64,000 nucleotides of DNA from Octopus vulgaris (lineage: Eukaryota): NCBI GenBank assembly GCA_951406725.2, contig OX597830.1:40176001-40240000 (forward strand). Reading direction: 5' to 3'. A program made the translations under genes and the position numbers. The notes under the pieces are model-generated. The model had not been told where the DNA came from. It saw only the letters and a program-made list of their open reading frames with translations, and searched no databases. Of the stretch, positions 12,929-24,460 are shown piece after piece (positions within the stretch are counted from its first letter, which is position 1; every line of letters begins with the position of its first letter).

Positions 12929-12983
12929 TAATAATAATAATAACACAAATAATAATAATAATAATGATAATAATAATAATAAT
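12851..12983. repeat. (AAT)n microsatellite next to the exon 3 acceptor
   Basis: Direct inspection. Many other (TA)n, (CA)n, (CT)n and (TATG)n tracts occur, e.g. 12213-12300, 39766-39819, 49500-49815 and 51348-51430. Confidence 0.95.
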
Positions 12984-12984
12984 A

Positions 12985-13332
12985 TCATGATCATGAAAGA
13001 AAGAGTAAAGGTTCATAATTATGGAGACCTGAGAATTGAGATCACTAAGATGAGGCAGCTACGAGAGTCGGACATAAAGGTTATCCCTATTATCATCAGA
13101 GCATTGGGTTCAATACCACCCAATCTGAAAAAAACATCTGAAAACCTTAGGGATACCCTACAATCTAGATGTATTGCAAAAGTCAGCATTACTTGGAACT
13201 ACACGCATACTGCATAAAGTACTGTCTGTCTGAGGTCCTTGTTGTGACTTGACAGACAGTGCAAACCCCCAGCAGACACAATATCTTCAATTAGCAACCT
13301 CACAATATTGTATACTGTGTGACGTCTATCAT
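12985..13332 (+). mobile_element. R4/Dong-like RLE LINE 3' fragment
   Basis: KERVKVHNYGDLRIEITKM...VIPIIIRALGSIP, then frameshifted LQKSALLGTTRILHKVL, resembles the R4/Dong RLE C-terminus; flanked by (AAT)n and (AAC)n. Confidence 0.75.
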
Positions 13333-15036
13333 AACAACAACAACAACAGCAACAGAAACAGCAACAACAACAACAGAGTATGCCCAAAAAAACTGCTCTG
13401 TTGGACACAGCTACGATTTTGAGATTGGTACATGGGTGCCGAGTATCTTCCACGATACTTAATACCTAAGTACTGAGCCTTATAATTAGCGGAAAGAGAC
13501 TCTGTGAGACCTTTCATGACAGGTTGCTGTCCACTCTCACAGAATTAACCGGAGCCAAGTAAGACTAAGAAGTAAAATATAATAATACAAAATAGAATTA
13601 AAAAAATAAAAATAAATGAATAATAGAGTTGAAATTTAATGAATGAAAAGATTTTTGTTAAACAAAACAGAATGACTGTCAACAAAATTTGGTTGCTGTT
13701 TCTAGCAGCCTAAGCAACTACATAGAAACACTCTTGCTGTTTTAATAGAAATTGTCCTGGACATTAAGTGACTTGAGTAGAGGATGGTTGGAGACGATAC
13801 TGGTTTGATGAGCCCACTCTGCCACACTTGCTTGACATTGCTTAGCAGAAAGGGTGTATTTTACTTTTTTATATAACTCATACCCAGGAGTAGTTACGGG
13901 AGTAGAGTACTGGGAATGATGTAATCAATCCCAGGGCTCAACTGGTACTTCTTTTGTTGACCACCACCCCCAATGGATAAAAGGTAAAGTCGGCCTCAGC
14001 AAAATTTGAAGTCAGAACTGTAGCAAACTCTAGTGAGCTTCCCCTCATATTAAATACATACGAATGTAGCAGATAACAGCTAACCTTTGGACACTGCTTT
14101 GGACCCCATTCGTTGGTATTGGTGTAATTTGTCTCTTACTCTATCAGGCGCCAATATGCAACCCAACCAATCACAGCCTTCAAATAAATCACGAGACAGT
14201 CTGTTCCAAAACTGCATTTGAGCCCACTGTCAACTATAAAAGCTAACCTCCTACAAGTCTCAGCGTCAGTTGGTTCCAGACTTTCTAAGGTCTAACCACT
14301 GACCTCATTACAGTGACCTCCATCCTCATCGCCACCACACACACACATACACTCACACACACACACTCACACACACACAGATATATATTCTTTTATTCTT
14401 TTAATTGTTTCAGTCATTTGACTGCGGCCATACTGGAGCACCACCTTTAGTCGAGCAAATCGACCCTCAGGACTTATTCTTTGTAAGCCTAGTACTTATC
14501 CTACCAATCTCTTTTGCTGAACTGCTAAGTTACAGGGACATAAACACACCAACATTGGTTGTTAAGCGATGTTGGGGGGGGGGGGGCAAATACAGACACA
14601 CACAGATATACGATGGGCTTCTTTCCGGTTCCATCTACCAAATCCACTCAAAAGGCTTTGGTCAGCCCAAGGCTATAGTAGAAGACACTTGCCCAAGGAG
14701 CCATGCAGTGGGACTGAACCTGGAACCATGTGGTTGATAAGCAAGCCACTTACCACACAGCCACTCCTATATGCATGTATATATGTGCTGCATGTGAATG
14801 CCAATACCACATCTTTATTAATACCAGTTGAGCTAAAATCGAGCAGTATTTACATTCTCTTAAACAAAAATGGATGAGAAAACTGATGAAATGAAAAATA
14901 TTTCATTTCTATAATAAACAAGGGCTGCTGACAGGAAGAGCATCCAGCTGTAGAAAATCTACCTCATTAAGTGTCATCTAACCATCAGCAAGTAGCAACA
15001 GCTGTGATGATGACATTGAAAACGTATTCCTTAGGT

Positions 15037-16177
15037 CAGTGGTTCTTAACCATTTCTTTGTTTGTAGCATTCTTTTTTAAGTACTTGTTATGCCTAGCGC
15101 CCAACTAAATTGCAAGTGAGGTATCACAACTAGAATAACTTTAACATGATGATAATCTATAAATTTTATTCAAAAATGGATTGTATAAGCTTTTAACAAG
15201 TTGTAAATTTACTTCACAAATTGCAAGAAATATAACATTAAAAATTAATAATTCTTCTTCAAACATATTTTTAGCCATGATATATACTTATGTCATCGTC
15301 GTTTAACATCCATTTTCCATGCTGGCATGGTTTGGACAGTTTGACTGAGGTCTGGAGAGCCAGTGGTTGCACCAAGCCCCAATCTGATCAGGCAAAGTTC
15401 CTACAGCTGGATGCCCTTCCTAGCGTCAACTACTCCGAGAGTGTAGTGGGTGCCACCGGCACAGGAGCCAGTCAGGCAGGCCTGGCATCGATCACATTCA
15501 GACAGTGCATTTTACATGCCACTGGTAAGAGGAGCCAGTCAGTGGGTACTGGCAACAGCCACATTCAGATGGTGCTTTTTACCTGCCACCATCACAGGAG
15601 CCAGTCAGGCAGCCTTGGCATCAACCACATTCAGATGGTGCCTTTTATGTGCCACCAACAAGGGAGCCAGTCAGGGGGAACTGGCTACAGTTATGACATT
15701 GCAAATTATATAACATTAAAAATTAATTATTGCAAGAAATATAACGTTAAAAATTAAAAATTCTTTTTCAAACTTGTCTTTAGCCGCGATATATTTTATT
15801 TACCTCTCATTTTATTTAAATAACCATTGCTAGTTTCATCATGTATATCATGATCACTACAATAGGTAAAATTAAGTATGTTAATTAAGTTACTCCCCAC
15901 TGACCCACTCACCTCCCACTAAAGCCTAGCGCCCCCTTCAACATGCTCTGTTTTTTTCAAACTTGTCTTTAGCCGCGATATATACTTACCTCTCATTTTA
16001 CTTTAATAACCATTGCTAGTTTCATAAGGTATATCATGATTAATACAACAGGTAAAATTAAGTATGTTAATTAAGTTACTCCCCACTGACCCACTCACCT
16101 CCCACTAAAGCCTAGCACCCCCTTCGACATGCTCTGCACACCCGTGGGTGGGGTACCACTAATGTTGAGAACCTCTG
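15037..16177. mobile_element. hAT element with nested SINE and internal duplication
   Basis: CAGTGGTTCTTAAC...GTTGAGAACCTCTG; degenerate TSD ccttaggt/ccttaact; SINE ~15292-15700; ~185 bp duplication (15765-15950 / 15952-16137). Confidence 0.7.
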
Positions 16178-17472
16178 CCTTAACTGTTCATAATTTACAA
16201 ACAATTGAAAGTATCTCAAACACTGTCTTTAACTGAGACAGCAAATAGCCATTGAGAAATGAACAGTGAATGCCAACAAATCTAAGCCAGTGATATTTCA
16301 ATTCTAGAAAAAGCCAACTTGCGTTAACTATTTCAGTTCGCCACATGAGGCAATTGTTTACACTAGACTAACTACATTCGTCACTTCAGCATTAAATTAA
16401 GTAGAACTAATCCCAGCCTCATCAACAAACATTATACAATGTGTCAAAAGCTTCCTGTTCACAATTCTGTCTTTTATTCTTATTTACTTTCCGAGATCCT
16501 AGTATGGTCTTTAACATTCAAAGCAAATCTATAATTCATACTCTTTACTCTTTTACTTGTTTCAGTCATGTGACTGTGGCCATGCTGGAGTACCGCCTTT
16601 AGTCGAGCAAATCGACCCCAGGACTTATTCTTTGTAAGCCTAGTACTTGTTCTATTGGTCTCTTTTGTCGAACCACTAAGTTATGGTGAAGTAAACACAC
16701 CAGCATCGTTTGTTAAGCGATGTGGGGGGGGGGGAAACACAGACACAAACACACACACACACATATACATGACGGGCTTCTTTCAGTTTCTGTCTACCAA
16801 ATCTACTCACAAGGCTTTGGTTGGCCCGAGGCTATAGTAGAAGACACTTTTGCCCAAGGTGCCATGCAGTGGGACTGAACCTGGAACCATGTGGTTGGTA
16901 AGCAAGCTACTTACCACACAGCCACTCCTATGCCTTTAGGACTATAGTATATAAATATTTTTGGAGTAAAATCAACTAAGTTTTCTCAAAGAAATTATGG
17001 AAATTTTCACAAACATCACCACCACCACCACCACCACCACCACCATTACCATTACCATCACCATGATCATCATCATCATCATCAATGTTTTATCTGCTGT
17101 GTTTGCATGCTTGCATGGGTCAGATGGAATTTGATGAGGGAGATTTTCTAGAGCTGGATACCTTTCCTGTCATCAACCCTCACCTGTTTCCAAGCAAAGT
17201 AATATTTCCCCATGGACAGACATGTTTCCTTGGAAGACTGGAATTGAAGAACAACCCTTGCACAATGACAGTCATTTGCAACTATCATATGAAGTCCAGG
17301 CAAGGATACAGTAACACACACACATACACACACACACACATACACATATGGTCGGCCCAAAGCAAGAGTAGAATATACTTGCCCAAGGTGCCATGCAGTG
17401 GGACTGATCCTGGAACCATGTGATTGGTAAGCAAGCTACTTACTACACATATATATATGTGTGTGTGTATAT

Positions 17473-17828
17473 AGGTGCAGGAGTGGCTGTGTAGTAAGTA
17501 GCTTGCTTACCAATCACATGGTTCCAGGTTCAGTCGCACTGCGTGGCACCTTGGGCAAGTATCTTCTACTATAGTCTTAGGCCGACCAAAGCCTTGTGAG
17601 TGGCTTTGGTAGACAGATATGTGTGTGTATGTGTGCTTATGTTTGTCCCCCCAACATCGCTTGACAACCAATGCTTGTGCGTTTACATCCCCGTAACTTA
17701 GCAGTTAGGCAAAAGAGACCGATACAATAAGTACTAGGCTTACAAAGAATAAGTCCTGAGGTTGATTTGCTTGACTAAAGGCGGTGCTCCAGCATGGCCA
17801 CAGTGAAATGACTGAAACAAATAAAAGA
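17473..17828 (+). mobile_element. tRNA-derived SINE family A (representative copy)
   Basis: Head ggtgcaggagtggctgtg..ggttcagtc..; tail ..gctccagcatggccacagt..gactgaaacaa. Other copies at about 1440-1795, 7925-8310, 11105-11430, 14390-14770, 16540-16935, 19705-19920, 33138-33805, 35476-36310, 40660-41041, 50419-50700, 58876-59025 and 60270-60480. Confidence 0.85.
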
Positions 17829-17871
17829 ATGTATGTATGTATGTATGTATGTATGTATGTATGTATGTATT

Positions 17872-18450
17872 TGCTTGTGTGGGATGATGTTGAGGGGGTA
17901 ACAATAACCAAGAAAGTGTACATGGCATGACGTTGATGTGCCAAACACAACATCCTTTTTTATTTGTTGCCAGAGAGTCGGAAGCAGCGTGCTTGTACAA
18001 ATGCAGTCGGTCAAATTCTTCAAATACCAGACATCAGACAGTTTCCCAAGTCATCAGGAGAGAATGCATACCATTTCAGGTCCTTCCGTTTGATGGCTTT
18101 ACAGCACATGTGCCCCCAGCTCCTACCTCACCCCATTTACTGACTTGACTGACTAGAATTTGATTTCAAATCCATTTCAAGATCATCACCTCTCCAGCCA
18201 GGTTTCATCATTCCTTTGCAGCCATGTCCAATTGCTGGCACTCTCAGCTGCTGCCTGGATCTCATTCAAGATGGCATTTACATGGGGATGTTTGATGCCA
18301 ATTAATAGCAACCAGCATCTCAGTCTGGTCCCAGTAAAACCCCTACATCCAACTCCTACAGGGAAGTCTACTGCACTCCATCCAGTCTTCTAGTATCATC
18401 TCATAACACTCATCTTTCCTAACCTGGACTGCATCTAACATTCTCCAAAG
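17872..18450 (-). mobile_element. RLE-type LINE 3' fragment (Hero/NeSL-like)
   Basis: Minus strand GWSAVDFPVGVGCRGF...AAAESASNWTWLQR..* (18383-18186) resembles the GW..FPVEVGCRGF..AAE.AS.W.W..R motif. Confidence 0.7.
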
Positions 18451-19548
18451 CTATATTCCCAGTGCTGTCATAAACATTTTAAAACAATTTCTTTCTCTGA
18501 TGAACTTAGCTAATTTAATGAACTATCAAAAAAATTAGCTAGCTCTTGACCTAGATATAAAGTAAATAATTTTTTAATTTTTTAATTTTATATCCGTGCC
18601 AACTTTTCTAACTGAATGTACCTTTGATTATTTTGGTGGCACCTCTAAATGAGCATAAATATGCCTATATACAAGAATACAAATAAATCTATTTACAAAC
18701 ATTGTTGCTCATTAAACAAAGTAATTACACCATTTAATTAGTTATTAACGCGATGAAGTAGTTTCCATTACAATTTGTAAGCCCTCCAATTTTTCTCTCA
18801 TTTATATATTTACATTGTTTATAATTTATACTCTCTTTCTTTTTAGGAAGGGTATCCAGCTTTAGAAACATTGCCAGATCAGATTGGGGCCTGGTGCAGC
18901 CTCCTGGCTTCACAGGCCCCAGTTGAACCATTCAACCCATTCCAGCATGGAAAACAGACGTTAAACGATGATGATGAAGATATATAATGGAAGAAGATAC
19001 CCCAAAAGTATCATAAAAACCTTCCTTCCATTATAAAATCATAAAATTTTGTGCATGCCAATCTATATTTCTTGCAATTATTTTTCTTTTTGACTTGTCA
19101 CATTTTTATACCATATCCTGCTGTTTGCAATCGGTTACCATCTTTGCTTTTTTCTTGTGCCAGCTCCAGTTATTCTCTATTTTCACACTGGTATTCTCAG
19201 GGGGGAGCCCCTTTAGCGAGGCACAAAGAAGCCAGCACCATTTTGAAACAGCGAGATCTCGCCTGCAACTATTGCCATACGCGAGACAAAAACGAAATCT
19301 CACCTGCAACGATTATTTAAGGAAAAGAGAACAACATTTTCCCTCTCGTTCTTCTCAGGCTGATGCTGAGCAAGACTTCAAAGCCAGGACCTCACAGTAG
19401 ACTTCTGTCCCACTATGCTACCACATGCATTGTCTCCAGAGGTTATTGAACCTCACATGTATGGGAAACAAGGGTAACTATGCACTGCTGTGAAGATGAT
19501 TACTGAAAACAAACCCCTTGTATGAAGCACCTGTGAATAAACAGTTAT

Positions 19549-19695
19549 TGAATTTACTCTGCCTGAAAACTTCATTCTTCATATTTCCAGCTCCTTGAAT
19601 CAATAGAATAATGGAAGAAGGAAATACCTCAAAAGTATCATAAAAACCTTCATTCCATTATAAAATGTATGAAGTTCTCAGGCAGAGTAAATTCA
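19549..19695. mobile_element. Small MITE-like element with 27-bp inverted ends
   Basis: TGAATTTACTCTGCCTGAAAACTTCAT / ATGAAGTTCTCAGGCAGAGTAAATTCA, flanked by TAT. Its interior is also found at ~18984-19050. Confidence 0.5.
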
Positions 19696-20035
19696 TATGC
19701 ATATGTGTGTGTGTGTGTGTGTCTGTGTTTGTCCCTTCAACATCACTTGAGAACTAATGCTGGTGCATTTATGTCCCCATAACTTAGCAGTTTGGCAAAA
19801 GAGACCGATACAATATGTACTAGGCTTACAAAGAATAAGTCCTGGGGTCGATTTACTCGACTAAAGGCGGTGCTCCAGCATGGCCGCAGTCAAATGACTG
19901 AAACAAGTAAAAGAATAAAAGGATATTTTTACACCAATAAAACCTAAATTTATCTTCAAAAGTATTTACAGGCTTCAACATCAACAAATAAAACTATTCA
20001 GTAATAATTCTACATTATTTCTAAAAACTGATGCA

Positions 20036-20242
20036 GACCTCGTGTGTACTGTTGGCGATTTTTTTTCCTCTGTCTTCCCTTCTCTGGATCTTTCCTTCTC
20101 CTATGTTTCCGACGAAGAGCTCCGCTCGAAACGTTAAACCTTCCTTCTTTCCTGAGCGTCCAATAATACTATATTTGTTCCACATCCTCGCGTTGTTGTT
20201 TTTTTGTGCTTTCTTGTTTGGATTAACTTTATATATATATAT
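20036..20242 (+). mobile_element. Penelope-like terminal fragment carrying hammerhead motif
   Basis: CpG-retaining pyrimidine-rich segment with the 20105 hammerhead, ending at a (TA)n run. Confidence 0.5.
20105..20139 (+). ncRNA. Minimal hammerhead ribozyme-like motif (U4C variant)
   Basis: GTTT-CCGACGA-A-GAGC-TCC-GCTC-GAAA-CG-TT-AAAC. Confidence 0.55.
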
Positions 20243-20389
20243 TGTCCTATTGTTTTATGTAACTCTGTGATGCTCTTTTCAACACGGTTGTTGCGTTGTG
20301 AACTTTAAAGATGAAAGCCTTAGGACATGGGGCAAGACTAGCTGCCCACCTCACTGTGTAACCTCATCCAACACATAAGAAGAACTTAC

Positions 20390-20495
20390 CTAAAAATAAA
20401 TTGTTCGGTGTTCTATTGTTGCTGCCAGAGTTTAAGGTTAAACACATCTCATGTTTCTTCAAGTGTACAGTCAAGTGATCTTCATTGGTAAATCG
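20390..20495 (-). CDS. ATF2: ATF2-family exon 2 (RFTNEDHLTVHLKKHEMCLTLNSGSNNRTPNNLFL; C-half of zinc finger plus JNK docking motif)
   Basis: cag|CGA TTT ACC AAT GAA GAT CAC...TTA G|gtaagt; 106 nt, phase 0 to 1. Matches ATF2 RFTNEDHLAVHKHKHEMTLKF. Confidence 0.96.
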
Positions 20496-23127
20496 CTGAC
20501 AAGGAATAAAAAAAAAAAAGAATTACACAATGGATGGATGGATGGATAGGTAGACGGATGGATGGATACACATACACAGATTTACTGTCTATGTACATAT
20601 ATACATACATCTATATATCTCTATATATATACATGTGTTAATATACAAACATTTTCTAACAATTTTGTAACATTTCTGAGTGAGTGTATGTATATGCATA
20701 AACATAAGCATGCATGCACACACACACACAAATACGCACACACACTCACATATACTCACGCATGCATATAAATACCTATAGACACAACTGAAATATCATT
20801 GATGCAACAAAGACTTCCTTCGGTGACCTTTCCAGAAATTTAAACAATACACAAGACAGAAATACTGAACGGTCACTTAGCATTAGGCCAGAGATAATAA
20901 TAGTTCTAGCAATAATGGCAAATGTCTGCTGACTTGCGAAGTCTGCAGGTAGGAGTAGCAAAGTACATAGTTATACTGGCACAGCAGGAAGTGGTACAAA
21001 AAAAGAAAAGAAAAGAAAACCTTCTGGTTGTTAAAGAGAGGGAGGACATAAATCAGAGAATAAACAATTGTTGATTTGACAAGCCAAAGGAACTACTCAG
21101 TGGTTATCTGATCTGCTAGAAATAGCAGCCAAATCTCACACATATTGTAGTATTTTAGCATCTTAAAAACAGAAAGAACGTGTTGAACAATGAAGTCCTA
21201 TATATGTAACAAGATGTGACGGTCATGGCTGGAGTGCCTTTGATCACACATCTGCTTGATCAGGGGATAACTTGTGGCTAAATAACAATTGCACCTTTTG
21301 CAGTTTGTTTGTTTGTTTTTTTTTTGTTATAATTATTATTATTGTTATTTTTATCCTAAGGGTTTAGACAAAGGAAGACAGAGGCACTCATAATGACCTT
21401 TTGGAGACTGGTGAGGAGGGACAGGAACAAAGAGACCATAACACACTGATAACTGCTAAGCTCTATTTTCATTCAGAAGGCATAGGTGGGCTTGCTGGTA
21501 ATTAGGTCAGCCTCCCAAGGTGTTAATCACAATGTTGCAGCTGGTAATGGGCCTTTGCCAGAGAACCAATCCTCTCGAAGCTCTCACAAAATATTATTCG
21601 CAAATATTATTCGCAAATTTTGGCACAAAGCCAGCAATCTCAGGGAGGGGGTAAGTCAATTACATTGACCCCAATGCTCAGCTGGTACTTATTCTATCGA
21701 CCCCGAAAGGATGAAAGGTAAAGTCGACCTCGGCAGAATTTGAAATCAAAACGTAAAGAAGGATAAATTGACACAAAGCATGTTGCCCGGCATACTAATG
21801 ATTCTGCCAACTTACCACCTTACCCTCTAACAAATATTAATGCTACACAATGAAGTAGTACAGCAAAACACAATGCTATCCTCAAACAGCCCCCACTTCC
21901 TGCCCCGGCTGGCTCCTGTGCCGATAGCACGTAAAAAGCACCATCTGAACGTGGCCGATACCAGTGCTGCCTGACTGGCTCCCATGCCGGTGGCATGCAA
22001 AAAGCACCCACTACACTCTCGGAGTGGTTGGCATTAGGAAGGGCATCAAGCTATAGAAATATTGCCAGATAAGACTGGAGCTCGGTGCAGCCTCCTGGTT
22101 TGCCAGTCCCCAGTCAAACCGTCCGACCCATGCCAGTATGAAAAACGGATGTTAAACGATGATGATGATGATGATGAAACAGGGGGGCCCTGGCCAAATG
22201 CTTGCTATAGATTGGACTTGACTAAAGATACCCAAAAACTCAGTGGTGGTGTATGTTAAACCAGGTACTAGACTAGATCTGTCTAAATGAAACACTATAT
22301 TAAATTTTTATCCATAATAGAAATGAAAAAAAAATTCCCTTAACACTTATTAGTGAAATAGCTCTAGCGTAAATTGAACCTGTATCGTGGATGCAATTCT
22401 TTCAGCGCTTCCTAAAATACCCTGAAACTTCTTAAGGATGACTGGATCATCCAATGAAGATTATCTTCATGTAGCACATGAATAACAGGTCATATAAAGA
22501 AGAGTCCATCTTGGCTAATGATTAGGGTTAGAAACTAAATGTAAATAGCTCAACTAGGATTTGAACCTGCAATGCAGTTTCTAATTTTCATGACATTAAC
22601 ATCATTCTGCAATAAAATTTTCAGTGGCTCTCAATAATATTTCATTGTTTATAAGCACAAATAAAGTATGTGTAATCCAGTGATGCTGTCCTCTCAAGCA
22701 GCAACAGTAAATGTGCTACAGACTTGTGTAACCAGAGCCAGACAACACTCCTAACATAAACCAGTCTATACTAGGCACTGACAATGAATTTATGAAAAAA
22801 CAAAAAGCAAAGGAAGCTATAATAGCAACTAAATAATGTCAGGAGTTAATAAGCTTATTTATTCACAGATATTACAAAAAAAAAAAGAAAAAATTTCCTT
22901 CCTAAATTTTAGCAATTCTGTTGAATACAAAAACAAAAAAAATAGTTATTATAATTTATAGTTTTAACTTATTTTCTGTTCCACTATGAAAATTTATTTC
23001 ATATCTCTTGAAATTTTTTAAAAAAAATAATAAATTCTTGCAACACACAATTCTCACTTGTAAACAACATACAATTCTCACTTGTAAGAACAAAAGCTTC
23101 TAGAATTGATGGAAAAAAATTGAAAAG

Positions 23128-23198
23128 GATACTTTGGTATAAGGATAGCACATCTGTCGTGTCCACAAAAGATGTGGGTTCAAGCCCCACAAGCAGCT
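23128..23198 (+). pseudogene. Degenerate tRNA-like cloverleaf
   Basis: Acceptor stem GATACTT/AAGCAGC (2 mismatches), A-box-like TGGTATAAGGATAG, perfect T-arm GTGGG-TTCAAGC-CCCAC, T-run downstream; anticodon loop non-canonical. Confidence 0.45.
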
Positions 23199-23551
23199 TT
23201 CAACTTTTTTTCCTACGTGCTATTTTTTTATAGCTTCACCTACTTTGAGTTGCACAATTAAAATGAGTTATTTAAAAATTAATAAATTAATTCAAAACTA
23301 GACAAACAAACAAATAAGGGTGCTCTTTTAGTGTATAGTCTACCACAGTATCCATAGTTAACACTGTGAAATGACCCGATCCGGGTTGGGAATAGGGCTA
23401 GGACTAGAGTTAGGTTTAGGAATGAGATTTAGAGTTAGGGTTAGACTGTATGCTAAAGTGTAAATTACCAGACAGACCACATGCCAAAGTGGCACCCGAA
23501 TAAGAAAGTCAATGCATGTAGAGACACACACACACACATATATGTACTTAC

Positions 23552-23605
23552 CATCCCACATCCTGGAGATGAACATACAAAAGGTTTTTCATCTTCACTC
23601 ATCAT
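23552..23605 (-). CDS. ATF2: ATF2/ATF7/CREB5-family TF, first recognisable coding exon (MMSEDEKPFVCSSPGCGM; N-half of C2H2 finger)
   Basis: Minus strand ttag|ATG ATG AGT GAA GAT GAA AAA CCT TTT GTA TGT...GGG ATG|gtaagt; 54 nt, ends phase 0. Matches vertebrate ATF2 MSDDKPFLCTAPGCGQ. Too short for the ORF track. Confidence 0.95.
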
Positions 23606-23914
23606 CTAACACACATGGGTATGTGAAAGATGAGAGCAAATTGACAGCTACACTATGGTTGACCTGCATGAATATAAAAGAAGACAAACACCAATATATT
23701 AAAAGGGTGACCAGTCTCAAACAGTGACATCAAAAGGTAAAATGAAACATTTCCAAAACTATATTTTTCACATTTTTTTCTTTTTTTTTTTTCTTTGTTT
23801 CTTTTACTGCCTCTGACATTTCAATTCGGTTGAACTAAAATCATTTTTACAACTGTTTATCCTTCAGCTATTGCACTGTGGCCATGCTGGGTTTTCACCT
23901 TGAAGAGTTTTAAG

Positions 23915-24150
23915 TATATCTATTTCTTTACTACCCACAAGGGGCTAAACACAGATGGGACAAACAAGGACAGACAAACGGATTAAGTCGATTACATCGA
24001 CCCCAGTGCGTAACTGGTACTTAATTTATCGACCCCGAAAGGATGAAAGGCAAGTCGACCTCGGCGGAATTTGAACTCAGGACGTAACGGCAGACGAAAT
24101 ACGGCTACGCATTTCGCCCGGCGTGCTAACGTTTCTGCCAGCTCGCCGCA
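23915..24150 (-). mobile_element. tRNA-derived SINE family C (young, CpG-rich copy)
   Basis: Minus strand ggcgagctggcagaaacgttagcacgcc..gagttcaaattccgccgaggtcgac..cctttcggggtcgataaattaagtaccag. Copies at about 21620-21820, 27700-27910, 46706-46938 and three in tandem at 29915-30605. Confidence 0.85.
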
Positions 24151-24237
24151 TATCGACCATGTATTTATTTTCTCAATTTATCTCTGTCAAACTGCTAGAT
24201 TACTGGGATCTAACACACACATAGACACACACATTAA

Positions 24238-24460
24238 CCCTTTTGATACCAACCCACCTGAAACCACCCCTTCCTGGTTCTAAGATACAAACTTCCTGTT
24301 TAAAGAGATCTAAATTAAAAGCTTTCATCAAAATTTTATGTTAATTTCTGTTCTAAACACTAGCTTAATAATAACTGTTGCTTGACTAAATTCTTCATTA
24401 TTTTAAAAATTAACCAAAACAAATGTAGAATATTTTAAAAGAAATATGGTAATAAAAGGG
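24238..24460. mobile_element. piggyBac-type MITE (same family as 140-344)
   Basis: TTAA-CCCTTTTGATACC...GGTAATAAAAGGG-TTAA. Confidence 0.75.

Noticed and set aside
12812-13016. Poly-Ile / poly-Leu / poly-Asn ORFs
   Set aside because: Translations of (AAT)n. The same applies to the many YI, HT, CV and RE dipeptide ORFs from microsatellites.
17473-17550. SINE heads as tRNA genes
   Set aside because: A/B boxes continue into SINE bodies and lack a full cloverleaf.
23384-23446. TTAGGG-like repeats (also 4031-4043)
   Set aside because: Short and degenerate; more likely repeat interior than interstitial telomere.
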